A DNA stretch of 64,000 bases, from the NCBI RefSeq assembly GCF_000009045.1, contig NC_000964.3, positions 1,302,001 through 1,366,000 on the forward strand, written 5' to 3'. How positions within the stretch are numbered: position 1 is the stretch's first letter; the number at the start of each line of letters is the position of its first letter. The notes beneath the pieces are model-generated. The model saw nothing but the letters and a program-made list of their open reading frames with translations, ran no database searches and had not been told where the DNA came from. Shown here piece by piece: positions 10,851 to 20,027 of the stretch. Made by a program: the position numbers and the translations under genes. This DNA is from Bacillus subtilis subsp. subtilis str. 168. GTDB taxonomy: Bacteria > Bacillota > Bacilli > Bacillales > Bacillaceae.

Positions 10851-11615
10851 TTAAATCAATTTTAAACCGCTGACTAAAATAATGGAAGCCATAATAAATT
10901 GCAGTGGACGCGGGGAGAATCGAGGCGAAAGATGGCTCCCGATCAGTACGCCGGGAATTGAACCGAGGAGCAGATTAGCTGCCAGCATGTAATCCACGCT
11001 TCCGAAGCTTGCGTTCAAAATGCCTGCTGCCGTAACAAGAAGAAAAGCATGCGCGATATCGGTTCCGACAATCTGTGACGCTTTCATGTTAAATAAGTAA
11101 ATCATGGCGATTGCAAATAATGAGCCGGACCCGATTGATGTTAATCCGACGATAAACCCAAACACAACACCAATAAGAATTGTCAGCGCCCTCTTATTTT
11201 CAAGCGGCATCAGCTGCCAGCGGTTGGGGCGAAGTTTTCTATCCAAAAACAAACGAACGATGATTGAAATGGCAACCAGCGTTAACACATATCCTAGAGC
11301 GTGCTTAATAATTTCTTCCTGATGCTGGTGAAAGGCGGGGAACAAATGCAATATGCCAATGGCTAGCGAAGCACTCGGAATACTGCCGATGGCTAAGTAT
11401 TTTACCAATTTAAAGTTAATCGTTTTCTGCCGCCAATGGGAGGCAACGCCAAACAGCTTTGTGATCGAGTTATATACAAGATCCGTACCGACCGCGATGG
11501 AAGGATTAATTCCAAGCACAATTAAAAGGGGAGTTAATAAGGCCGCTCCACCCACTCCCGTCAATCCGACTAAGGCTCCGACAAACAAACCCATCAATAT
11601 GATGCTTACACTCAT
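10851..11615 (-). CDS. yjnA: TSUP (TauE/SafE) family membrane protein
   Basis: Two GxxGxGGG/GSG repeats, AVGT motif, very hydrophobic. Confidence 0.85.
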   Translation of the reverse strand: MSVSIILMGLFVGALVGLTGVGGAALLTPLLIVLGINPSIAVGTDLVYNSITKLFGVASHWRQKTINFKLVKYLAIGSIPSASLAIGILHLFPAFHQHQEEIIKHALGYVLTLVAISIIVRLFLDRKLRPNRWQLMPLENKRALTILIGVVFGFIVGLTSIGSGSLFAIAMIYLFNMKASQIVGTDIAHAFLLVTAAGILNASFGSVDYMLAANLLLGSIPGVLIGSHLSPRFSPRPLQFIMASIILVSGLKLI

Positions 11616-11795
11616 GATAAAGGCCTCCTGAAAACCCGACTATTTTTATCAGATTATATATGATTAGGACGCGTTAATCAATTAAATTTTTTGAATTTTT
11701 GCACGTTAGTTGCTTGAAATTTTGGTATGCTCAATATCTCTATTCATTTGCCCTATAATGAGTGTCTGGACGAAATCGAGAAGTACTAAAGGCGC

Positions 11796-11829
11796 AAAAA
11801 AAAGATACCTCTTAACAGGTATCTTTTTT
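11796..11829. terminator. Intrinsic terminator downstream of yjoA
   Basis: AAAAAAAGATACCT-loop-AGGTATCTTTTTT. Confidence 0.7.
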
Positions 11830-11839
11830 CTTGTTTACG

Positions 11840-12304
11840 CTACATGCGCTGCTGATAGAAAGGAAGCTCAGTGTGGCCCATTTCCCGCACATACACGAAC
11901 AGGTTGCCTTTATGGTGAATTTCATGCTCCATTGCAAGCTGAAGCAGCGCGCGGCCTGTGACTTTTCTGCCGAAAGCGGATGTCAGATCAATTTCTCTGT
12001 CCAGCTGCTCTTCAGTCAGCTGTTCAAGGATAGCGACCGTTTTTTCTGTATATGTTTTTGCCAGAACATTGAGATCTGTTTCTGTTTCTTCCTGCTTGTT
12101 TTGAAATGGTGAGGCATTGCCTTCCTTAATGACATTTGCGAACAAGTGGAAAGACGTAAGAATGTGTTTGACCAGCTCTTCTGCTGACATTGATGTTTCT
12201 GCCGGTTTGTAGCTGTAATGGTCTTTGCTGATTTTTTCGGCAAGCTCATTGGTCACGTTTCGATGGGATAAAAAATGGCTGACAATTTGATTGGATTGGC
12301 ACAT
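11840..12304 (-). CDS. yjoA: DinB/YfiT-like four-helix metal-binding protein, 154 aa
   Basis: Conserved His (LVKHI, HEIHHKG.L); GGAG upstream of the ATG at 12304. Confidence 0.85.
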   Translation of the reverse strand: MCQSNQIVSHFLSHRNVTNELAEKISKDHYSYKPAETSMSAEELVKHILTSFHLFANVIKEGNASPFQNKQEETETDLNVLAKTYTEKTVAILEQLTEEQLDREIDLTSAFGRKVTGRALLQLAMEHEIHHKGNLFVYVREMGHTELPFYQQRM

Positions 12305-12389
12305 TATGATCTCCTCCATATGTAAAAATAAATGGTGCAATGAAATCCTATATCAACGGTTATGAATTCACAAGTAATATGCTGTGGGA

Positions 12390-12417
12390 TGAAACAAAAT
12401 GCTATGTCAATCGTATA
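12390..12417 (+). promoter_or_regulatory. ECF sigma (SigW-type) promoter of yjoB
   Basis: TGAAAC-N16-CGTATA matches the SigW consensus TGAAAC-N16-CGTA exactly. Confidence 0.85.
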
Positions 12418-12452
12418 TATAACGTTCACAAAACATGAAATGGAGTATAAAC

Positions 12453-13724
12453 ATGACTAACATACCTTTCATTTATCAGTACGAAGAAAAAGAGAATGAA
12501 AGAGCTGCGGCGGGCTACGGCACTTTCGGTTACCTTATCACACGGATTGAAGAAACGCTTTATGATCAATACGGTGTATTCTATGAGCTCTATGCCAGTG
12601 ATGATCCAAATACGGAATACTGGGAGCTTCTTGTAGAAGATGTCCGCAGCGGTTCATTGGAGCCTGAGCATGTGGCATATATATTTGAAAAGCTTGAAAA
12701 GAAAACCTTTGCTTACGATGAAGATGAGAAAGAACCGGATTATACCGTCCATAAGTCTATAAGAAACAGTGTATACGCGTATCCTGAAAAGGGAGTTGCT
12801 TTTGCCAGAATTCCATATTTTCAAGATGGGAGCATTATGAGTTTTGATTGTCTGTTTGCGGTTAACGATGAAAAGATGCGTGCATTTCTGGAGGGAGTCA
12901 GACCGCGTCTTTGGGAAAAAAGCAAGCGGAAAGTGACCGTGTTTACGGATGGAGATGGAGGGACTTCAAGAGAGCAGGAAGCCATTGTCAGAGAGGTTCA
13001 GCGGAGTCAAGTCATCATGAATCCGCTATTGAAAAAAGAGATATACAGATCAATTGATCAGTTTTTTCATAGTGATAAATCGTTTTATCAAACATATGAC
13101 ATCCCTTACAAGCGCGGCATTCTGTTATATGGACCTCCTGGAAACGGAAAGACGACGTTAGTGAAGTCGATCGCAGGCAGTATCGATGCACCTGTTGCTT
13201 ATTGGCAAATTACTGAATTTACGTCGAGCGAGACAATAGAAGAAGTCTTTCAGGCAGCGAGACGCCTCGCTCCTGCAGTTCTGGTCATCGAGGATATAGA
13301 TTCGATGCCGGAAGATGTGCGGTCCTTTTTTCTCAATACGCTGGACGGCGCGACATCAAAAGAGGGGCTATTTCTCATCGGTACGACAAACTATCCCGAA
13401 GAGATCGATCCAGGTTTGATGAATCGTGCAGGACGATTTGACCGTGCCTATGAAATCGGGCTTCCGGATGAAGAGCTGCGGCTGGAATATATGAAAATGA
13501 GAGGCTTTGGCATCTTTTTGAGTGAAGGAGAAATAAAAAACGCCGCAAAACTTACAGAAGGCTTTTCCTTTGCACAGCTGGGAGAATTATATGTATCTTC
13601 AGCCCTTCAATGGCACCAAGAAGGGAATCACCATATTGAAACCATGGTGAAAGACATGACAGGAGAGCAAAGAAAAAGCCAGCGGGGAAGCTGGATGGAA
13701 AGAAACAAAGTCGGTTTTCACTAA
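12453..13724 (+). CDS. yjoB: AAA+ ATPase, 423 aa
   Basis: Walker A GPPGNGKT, Walker B VIEDID, SRH TTNYPE.ID..L.NRAGRFD. Confidence 0.9.
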
Positions 13725-13726
13725 AA

Positions 13727-13761
13727 GAAAGCACGGGTGTTTGAAAAACCCGTGCTTTTTT
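13727..13761 (+). terminator. Intrinsic terminator of yjoB
   Basis: AAAGCACGGG-loop-CCCGTGCTTTTTT. Confidence 0.8.
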
Positions 13762-13762
13762 G

Positions 13763-13792
13763 TTGCGGTTAGCCGAAATTCGACAATTGCGG
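13763..13792 (+). promoter_or_regulatory. ComA binding site (RE1-RE2-RE3) upstream of rapA
   Basis: TTGCGG-N4-CCGAAA plus a third TTGCGG at 13787-13792; rapA is an established ComA target. Confidence 0.75.
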
Positions 13793-13868
13793 TTATTTTG
13801 CGTTCTTCTTTTTCTTGTAAATATGATAAAATATGACATATCTCGGGTAATTCAAAAGGGGGGATTAA

Positions 13869-15005
13869 TTGAGGATGAAGCAGACGATTCCGTCCTCTTA
13901 TGTCGGGCTTAAAATTAATGAATGGTATACTCATATCCGGCAGTTCCACGTCGCTGAAGCCGAACGGGTCAAGCTCGAAGTAGAAAGAGAAATTGAGGAT
14001 ATGGAAGAAGACCAAGATTTGCTGCTGTATTATTCTTTAATGGAGTTCAGGCACCGTGTCATGCTGGATTACATTAAGCCTTTTGGAGAGGACACGTCGC
14101 AGCTAGAGTTTTCAGAATTGTTAGAAGACATCGAAGGGAATCAGTACAAGCTGACAGGGCTTCTCGAATATTACTTTAATTTTTTTCGAGGAATGTATGA
14201 ATTTAAGCAGAAGATGTTTGTCAGTGCCATGATGTATTATAAACGGGCAGAAAAGAATCTTGCCCTCGTCTCGGATGATATTGAGAAAGCAGAGTTTGCT
14301 TTTAAAATGGCTGAGATTTTTTACAATTTAAAACAAACCTATGTTTCGATGAGCTACGCCGTTCAGGCATTAGAAACATACCAAATGTATGAAACGTACA
14401 CCGTCCGCAGAATCCAATGTGAATTCGTTATTGCAGGTAATTATGATGATATGCAGTATCCAGAAAGAGCATTGCCCCACTTAGAACTGGCTTTAGATCT
14501 TGCAAAGAAAGAAGGCAATCCCCGCCTGATCAGTTCTGCCCTATATAATCTCGGAAACTGCTATGAGAAAATGGGTGAACTGCAAAAGGCAGCCGAATAC
14601 TTTGGGAAATCTGTTTCTATTTGCAAGTCGGAAAAGTTCGATAATCTTCCGCATTCTATCTACTCTTTAACACAAGTTCTGTATAAACAAAAAAATGACG
14701 CCGAAGCGCAAAAAAAGTATCGTGAAGGATTGGAAATCGCCCGTCAATACAGTGATGAATTATTTGTGGAGCTTTTTCAATTTTTACATGCGTTATACGG
14801 AAAAAACATTGACACAGAATCAGTCTCACACACCTTTCAATTTCTTGAAGAACATATGCTGTATCCTTATATTGAAGAGCTGGCGCATGATGCTGCCCAA
14901 TTCTATATAGAAAACGGACAGCCCGAAAAAGCACTTTCATTTTATGAGAAAATGGTGCACGCACAAAAACAAATCCAGAGAGGAGATTGTTTATATGAAA
15001 TCTAA
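13869..15005 (+). CDS. rapA: Rap-family TPR response-regulator aspartate phosphatase
   Basis: 378 aa Rap sequence (VGLKINEWY, MEEDQDLLLYYSLMEFRH) followed by an overlapping phr gene. Confidence 0.97.
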   Translation: MRMKQTIPSSYVGLKINEWYTHIRQFHVAEAERVKLEVEREIEDMEEDQDLLLYYSLMEFRHRVMLDYIKPFGEDTSQLEFSELLEDIEGNQYKLTGLLEYYFNFFRGMYEFKQKMFVSAMMYYKRAEKNLALVSDDIEKAEFAFKMAEIFYNLKQTYVSMSYAVQALETYQMYETYTVRRIQCEFVIAGNYDDMQYPERALPHLELALDLAKKEGNPRLISSALYNLGNCYEKMGELQKAAEYFGKSVSICKSEKFDNLPHSIYSLTQVLYKQKNDAEAQKKYREGLEIARQYSDELFVELFQFLHALYGKNIDTESVSHTFQFLEEHMLYPYIEELAHDAAQFYIENGQPEKALSFYEKMVHAQKQIQRGDCLYEI

Positions 15006-15129
15006 ATGGATGTCAGGTTTGTTGCTCGTTGCGGTCGGGTTCAGCTTTACTCAGGTGATGGTTCATGCAGGTGAAACAGCAAACACAGAAGGGAAAACAT
15101 TTCATATTGCGGCACGCAATCAAACATGA
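14995..15129 (+). CDS. phrA: PhrA signalling pro-peptide, 44 aa, mature pentapeptide ARNQT
   Basis: Signal-peptide-like N-terminus, C-terminal ARNQT; overlaps the rapA 3' end. Confidence 0.97.
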   Translation: MKSKWMSGLLLVAVGFSFTQVMVHAGETANTEGKTFHIAARNQT

Positions 15130-15156
15130 TGCATAAAAAAAGACCCTTAGGGCTTT

Positions 15157-15414
15157 TTATTTCTTCAGCTTCCATTCTTTTATCGTCAGCTCAGAAGATC
15201 CACTTGCCACCAGCGGATCCGCATGGCCGATTTCCGCTGCCTCTTCCAGTGAATCTGCTTCGATGACATACGCTCCGCCTGTGGCGTCGCTGAATGGCCC
15301 AAACATTTTTAAACGTTTTTCTGCCTGTAAACGATCCAGAAATTCATAGTGCCCAGCCACATGCTCCTGATTAAATTTCTCCGTTCTCATTGTCAGCATT
15401 AAATATGTATACAT
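15157..15414 (-). CDS. yjpA: YciI-like protein, 85 aa
   Basis: H..F, GPF.D..GG and DP motifs of the YciI family. Confidence 0.8.
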   Translation of the reverse strand: MYTYLMLTMRTEKFNQEHVAGHYEFLDRLQAEKRLKMFGPFSDATGGAYVIEADSLEEAAEIGHADPLVASGSSELTIKEWKLKK

Positions 15415-15489
15415 ATTCAGACCCTCCGTGAACTTCAGTTTAACACATTTATCCATATTACGGTGATAGATGATATGAGCTTTTCGTCC

Positions 15490-15512
15490 TACGAATGCCA
15501 CCTATTTATGAA
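15490..15512 (+). promoter_or_regulatory. Copy of the PBSX late-promoter motif upstream of xlyB
   Basis: TACGAATGCCACCTATTTATGAA matches 22991-23013 at 18 of 23 positions. Confidence 0.65.
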
Positions 15513-15534
15513 AAAAGAAAAGGAGAGATGATAG

Positions 15535-16488
15535 GTGAGCATTCCAGTAAAGAAAAATTTGGTTTCTGAGGCGAAATACGCGTTGAAGTGTCCTAATGCA
15601 ATGTCCGCTGAATACATTACCATTCACAACACGGCAAACGATGCATCAGCGGCCAATGAAATCAGCTATATGATCGGGAACACAAGCTCGACAAGCTTTC
15701 ATTTTGCGGTCGATGATCAAGAGGTGATTCAAGGTCTGCCGCTTAACCGAAACGCTTGGCACACTGGTGACGGCACAAACGGTCCGGGAAACCGCAAATC
15801 AATCGGTGTTGAGATTTGCTACAGCAAATCGGGAGGCCCGAAGTATGAGGCAGCTGAAGCCTTGGCGATTTCATTTGTTGCACAGCTGTTGAAGGAGCGC
15901 GGCTGGGGCATCGATCGGGTGAGAAAGCATCAGGACTGGAGCGGAAAGTATTGCCCGCACCGCATTTTATCAGAGGGGCGCTGGGATCAAGTGAAGGCGG
16001 CGATTGAAAAGGAATTAAACGGGGGCGTATCAGCGAAAAAAGCTGCAGTCTCTTCTTCGGCGTCTGAATATCATGTAAAAAAAGGTGACACACTGTCAGG
16101 GATTGCCGCATCACACGGGGCCAGTGTGAAAACGCTGCAAAGCATAAATCATATCACTGACCCGAACCACATCAAAATCGGACAGGTGATCAAACTGCCT
16201 CAGACGGCATCTGCTTCTAAAAGCCATGCCGCATCCTCATATCCGCTCCCATCCGGCGTGATCAAAGTGACAAGCCCGCTGACGCAAGGGACAAAAGTAA
16301 AGCAGGTGCAGACTGCTTTAGCCGCTCTTTATTTTTATCCTGATAAAGGAGCGAAAAATCACGGCGTTGACGGCGTTTATGGCCCGAAAACAGCTAATGC
16401 AGTGAAACGTTTTCAGTCTGTCAGCGGTTTAACGGCTGATGGGATTTACGGTCCGAAAACGAAAGCGAAGATGGAGGAAAAGCTGTAA
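15535..16488 (+). CDS. xlyB: N-acetylmuramoyl-L-alanine amidase (Amidase_2 + LysM + PG-binding domain)
   Basis: IHNTAN, HF.VDD, H.DW.GK.CP motifs; LysM (YHVKKGDTLSGIA); C-terminal PG_binding_1. Confidence 0.93.
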   Translation: MSIPVKKNLVSEAKYALKCPNAMSAEYITIHNTANDASAANEISYMIGNTSSTSFHFAVDDQEVIQGLPLNRNAWHTGDGTNGPGNRKSIGVEICYSKSGGPKYEAAEALAISFVAQLLKERGWGIDRVRKHQDWSGKYCPHRILSEGRWDQVKAAIEKELNGGVSAKKAAVSSSASEYHVKKGDTLSGIAASHGASVKTLQSINHITDPNHIKIGQVIKLPQTASASKSHAASSYPLPSGVIKVTSPLTQGTKVKQVQTALAALYFYPDKGAKNHGVDGVYGPKTANAVKRFQSVSGLTADGIYGPKTKAKMEEKL

Positions 16489-16490
16489 AT

Positions 16491-16523
16491 GAAAAGACGG
16501 AAGCTGTGAAGCTTCCGTCTTTT
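16491..16523. terminator. Bidirectional terminator between xlyB and yjqA
   Basis: AAAAGACGGAAGC-loop-GCTTCCGTCTTTT. Confidence 0.8.
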
Positions 16524-16527
16524 CGCC

Positions 16528-16905
16528 TTACATACAAACTGCGGCAAGCACCTTTTGAATATCATAAATGCTTTCATCTTTTTTAAACTGCTTTGAGACA
16601 GCGGGAAGTTCCGCGCCGGAGATCCAAATTTTCAGCTCTGAATCAAGGTCAAAGCGGCCGGCAGTTTCCACGCTGAATCTGGAAATGCTTTTGTACGGAA
16701 TCGATTGAAATTCCGTTTTCTTGCCTGTAATTCCCTGTTTATCTACAAGGATAAGCCGCTTGTCAGTAAAGACAATCAAATCGCGAACCAGCTTAAACGC
16801 GGCTTCAACCTTCTCACCCTCAAGTAAAATATGGGCAAGCTCTTCTTGCACAGCTGCCGTTGACAGTGTTGATGCATTGCCGAGTAATCCATCAATAAAC
16901 CCCAT
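16528..16905 (-). CDS. yjqA: Bacterial PH-domain protein
   Basis: RDL.VFTDKRLI.VD.QG.TGKK and S.ETAG.FDLD motifs. Confidence 0.85.
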   Translation of the reverse strand: MGFIDGLLGNASTLSTAAVQEELAHILLEGEKVEAAFKLVRDLIVFTDKRLILVDKQGITGKKTEFQSIPYKSISRFSVETAGRFDLDSELKIWISGAELPAVSKQFKKDESIYDIQKVLAAVCM

Positions 16906-17010
16906 CATATACCTCCTCTGCGTATTCTATCAAATCATACTATAAAAAAGGTTTTCATTCATAGATGAGTAGAGTAAACTGGTGCTGACTGGTAAAGGGG
17001 GGCGTTCAAG

Positions 17011-17613
17011 ATGGAAGATATGTATGACAGCTTTGCGGCCCTTTCTGCTTCTGAGTCGGAGTACCGGATTATTTATGAGGAGAAAAACGGAAGTGAGCTT
17101 ATCGTCCTCGGTCCTCACGGCGGCAGAATTGAGCCTGGCGTCAGTGAACTGGTGCGGGCATTTTCGGATCGATGTTCCATCTATTTGTTTGAGGGTCTAA
17201 AGCAGCGAAACAACCGTTCCTTGCATCTCACTAGCATTCGTTTTGATGAGCCGCTGGCTTTAGAAAAAGTGAATGACCACCATTACGCATTAGCGTTTCA
17301 CGGGTATTATGATCCGAAAATCCCGCATACATTGGTCGGCGGGGCGGATCGTAAAAAAGCCAAGCTCATTTGTGAGCGTCTGAATGAAGCGGGTTTTAGC
17401 GCCGAGCTCACTAATGAGAAAGACCGCCTGGCAGGTGTACACCCAAACAATATTGTCAATCGGACGAAAAGAGAAATGGGACTGCAATTGGAGGTAAGCA
17501 CGGCACAGCGAAATGCGCTATTCCGCAATTTTGGGTGCCGTGATAAAAGCTACATACAAAACGATTTGTTTGATCGATATGTGGAAGCCGTCAAGCTTGG
17601 CTTTTATACATAA
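17011..17613 (+). CDS. yjqB: Phage-type poly-gamma-glutamate hydrolase
   Basis: PHGG.IE.G, H.TS..FDEP, HG and G..PNNI.N motifs of the PghP family; also called pghB. Confidence 0.8.
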
Positions 17614-17628
17614 AACTAGACGGGACCT

Positions 17629-17656
17629 GCACGGTTGGCCTATTCCTTCATACGCT
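17629..17656 (+). promoter_or_regulatory. Possible SigK-type promoter of yjqC
   Basis: GCAC-N16-CATACGCT fits AC-N16-CATAnnnT. Confidence 0.5.
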
Positions 17657-17689
17657 GGGGTTGTGCGAAAGTGTGGGGAGGAATGATTC

Positions 17690-18526
17690 ATGTTTTATCA
17701 TATAAAAGAGCTTCAATATCAAGCAAAGCCAGCTCATCCCGATCCGGTTTATGCGAAAAAACTTCAAGAGGTGCTCGGCGGCCAATTCGGTGAAATTAGC
17801 GTCATGATGCAGTATTTGTTTCAAGGGTTTAACTGCAGGGCGGATGCTAAGTATAAAGATTTGTTATATGATGTGGGGACCGAAGAGATTGGGCACGTAG
17901 AAATGCTGGCAACGATGATTTCCAGGCTTCTGGACAATGCACCCGCGGATGTACAGGAGGATGCTTATAAAAGCAATCCCGCTATTGCAGCAGTCATGTC
18001 AGGGATGAACCCTCAGCACGCGATTGTGTCCGGATTGGGGGCGATGGCATCAGATAGTGAGGGCTATCCGTGGAATGCAAAATACATTATCTCAAGCGGA
18101 AACCTGCTGGCCGATTTTCGCGCTAACTTAAATGCGGAGGCCCAAGGACGCCTTCAGGTGACACGGCTTTATGCCATGACCGATGATCCAGGGGTAAGAG
18201 ATATGCTGTCATTTTTGATTGCAAGGGATACCTATCATCAAAATATGTGGTACGCGGCCATTAAAGAGCTGGAGGAAAGAGAACGGGATATTGTCGTCCC
18301 GACGACGTTTCCGCGTGAGCTCGAAAAGCAGGAAGTCTCCTATGACCTGTTTAACTTTTCCAGGGGAGATGAAAGCTCACAAGGAAGATGGGCACATGGG
18401 GAAGCCTTTGACGGCCGGGGTGAATTCAGGTATATCCCGGCTCCGATTGCGTTCGCATCTGCGCCTCATCTTAAACCGGCGCCCATGTGGCTGCATAATA
18501 CAGTTCCCCCAATGTCGAAATGTTAG
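17690..18526 (+). CDS. yjqC: Manganese catalase family protein (spore-associated)
   Basis: E..GG..GE, EE.GH.E, NL.AE and R...HQ motifs. Confidence 0.88.
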   Translation: MFYHIKELQYQAKPAHPDPVYAKKLQEVLGGQFGEISVMMQYLFQGFNCRADAKYKDLLYDVGTEEIGHVEMLATMISRLLDNAPADVQEDAYKSNPAIAAVMSGMNPQHAIVSGLGAMASDSEGYPWNAKYIISSGNLLADFRANLNAEAQGRLQVTRLYAMTDDPGVRDMLSFLIARDTYHQNMWYAAIKELEERERDIVVPTTFPRELEKQEVSYDLFNFSRGDESSQGRWAHGEAFDGRGEFRYIPAPIAFASAPHLKPAPMWLHNTVPPMSKC

Positions 18527-18569
18527 GTTCTCTTCTGGGCTGAGGAATATATCCTCAGCCCGTATTTGA

Positions 18570-19166
18570 TCAGATGTTTTTACCAATATGATATAACGCT
18601 TTTTCCTCAGCGACCTGCAAGTGCTGCTGATCGCCTTCCTCGTACGCATTTGGCCGCTTGTGAGATAATAAATAAGCGAGCCGCTTCTGAAATTGAATAC
18701 CTGCTTTACGCCGTTCAAACATGTCAAGCCTTTTATCAGCAAATTCCTTTGTTACCCGGAATACCGCCGCAATTGTGGCGAGTGCCTGGCTTCTCCATTG
18801 CGGCAGTTCCATCTGCAACAGCATAAAGGTTGGCACACAGAAGTGGTACATAAATTGATTTGCCTGGAATTCCTGAAGCTCTCTGAAGAGCTTGTTCATC
18901 TGAAAATGATTGCCTGCATGCTTTAACACGTGGCACAGCTCATGGCCAAAATCCTCCCATTGCTCTTCCCGTGACTTTTTTTGGTTCAATACGATACTGT
19001 ACATGCCGTCGTATTTCACCATCATGCTCCCCATATCCTCAAAATGCACCCAAATATCCAGATCCTTTGCGATTTTCAGCATGTCAATGTGATGAGGGGA
19101 TGTGATGCCCAGCCGGCCGTATAAATTTTTAACGTATTCCTCCAGATGTGATAAGTAATCGCCCAA
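18570..19166 (-). CDS. xkdA: ImmA/IrrE-family Zn metallopeptidase, probable anti-repressor
   Basis: HELCH (HExxH) plus E.QAN.F; adjacent to the repressor gene. Confidence 0.9.
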   Translation of the reverse strand: MGDYLSHLEEYVKNLYGRLGITSPHHIDMLKIAKDLDIWVHFEDMGSMMVKYDGMYSIVLNQKKSREEQWEDFGHELCHVLKHAGNHFQMNKLFRELQEFQANQFMYHFCVPTFMLLQMELPQWRSQALATIAAVFRVTKEFADKRLDMFERRKAGIQFQKRLAYLLSHKRPNAYEEGDQQHLQVAEEKALYHIGKNI

Positions 19167-19181
19167 TTGAATACTCCCTTT

Positions 19182-19195
19182 CGAACGTTTGTTCT
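19182..19195. promoter_or_regulatory. LexA (SOS/Cheo) box upstream of xkdA
   Basis: CGAACGTTTGTTCT fits CGAAC-N4-GTTCY, about 15 bp upstream of the xkdA start. Confidence 0.8.
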
Positions 19196-19328
19196 GTTTT
19201 TAGCGAGAAAGAAAAGCCCGTATAGGACTGGAAGGTAGTGTAGAAATCTTTCCCTTTTCTTTAAAAAATAAACACTTTTTTCTTTATATCGGTCTACTTT
19301 TTATATGTTTTAGAGAACAGAGAACGAT

Positions 19329-19670
19329 TTATTTATTTTTCGGTTTGCGGTTTTTCTCTTTTTCTTTTAAATAGTTGATAAATTCGATGGCCTGCTGTTT
19401 GCTTTCTGGGGAAAAATCCTGCATATCGCGGTATGCAAGCTGCAGGTCCGGATCTGAGAACATATCGTCATCGGATTTTTTGTCTTTCCCCGTTAATAAG
19501 TAATCAGTCGTTACTTGAAAGTAATCAGCCAGCTTTTGGAGTGTGTCGTAATCGGGTTCGCTTCGCCCGTTTTCATAGTGGGAATATCGTGCCCGTGACA
19601 CACCGATGTGTGATGCGATTTCTTCCTGTGTCCTTTTCCCTCTGAGACTCTTCAATCTGCCGCCTATCAT
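19329..19670 (-). CDS. xre: PBSX repressor (HTH_3), 113 aa
   Basis: [25 protein letters not shown]; GAGGT upstream of the ATG at 19670. Confidence 0.95.
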
Positions 19671-19716
19671 ACTATGACCTCTCTTTTTTAAACTCCCTAC
19701 GTTACTTATGATTATA

Positions 19717-19823
19717 GATACAAAATGTATCAAAATAAAGTTATGATAAAAAAAGTATCAAAAATAACTTGATGATACAGAATGTATCGTTTATACTTGG
19801 TAACATCCGATACAAAATGTATC
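19717..19823. promoter_or_regulatory. Four 15-bp palindromic Xre operators
   Basis: GATACAAAATGTATC 19717-19731, GATAAAAAAAGTATC 19745-19759, GATACAGAATGTATC 19774-19788, GATACAAAATGTATC 19809-19823, between divergent genes. Confidence 0.92.
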
Positions 19824-19847
19824 AAAAAAGATCAGGAGAGTGATCAC

Positions 19848-20027
19848 ATGTATCCGATCCAAATCGTTTTTAGTGAAAATCCCATAGATCAGCGCCATCT
19901 CGGACAATCCGGCGGCACCATTTCGTTTACCGCATGCGGCCTTCCGGTGTTTCACTTTGAAACGCAGGAACAGTTTCAAGCATACATGATGTTAAAAGGA
20001 GAAGCGGCGTACAATGAAAAACGATAA
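19848..20027 (+). CDS. yjzJ: Small PBSX early protein, 59 aa
   Basis: AGGAG SD, ATG at 19848, overlaps the xkdB start. Confidence 0.7.
   Translation: MYPIQIVFSENPIDQRHLGQSGGTISFTACGLPVFHFETQEQFQAYMMLKGEAAYNEKR

Noticed and set aside
11710-12112. Plus-strand ORFs of 83 and 93 aa near yjoA
   Set aside because: They overlap yjoA antisense and cross a terminator; no SD or recognisable features
18537-18561. Perfect hairpin GGGCTGAGGA/TCCTCAGCCC between yjqC and xkdA as a possible mobile repeat
   Set aside because: Single copy between convergent genes; most simply a terminator or RNA-stability hairpin
19717-19823. Four regularly spaced palindromic repeats resembling a mini CRISPR array
   Set aside because: Repeats are 15 bp with 13-20 bp gaps, there are no cas genes, and they sit between a repressor and a divergent operon; they are operators
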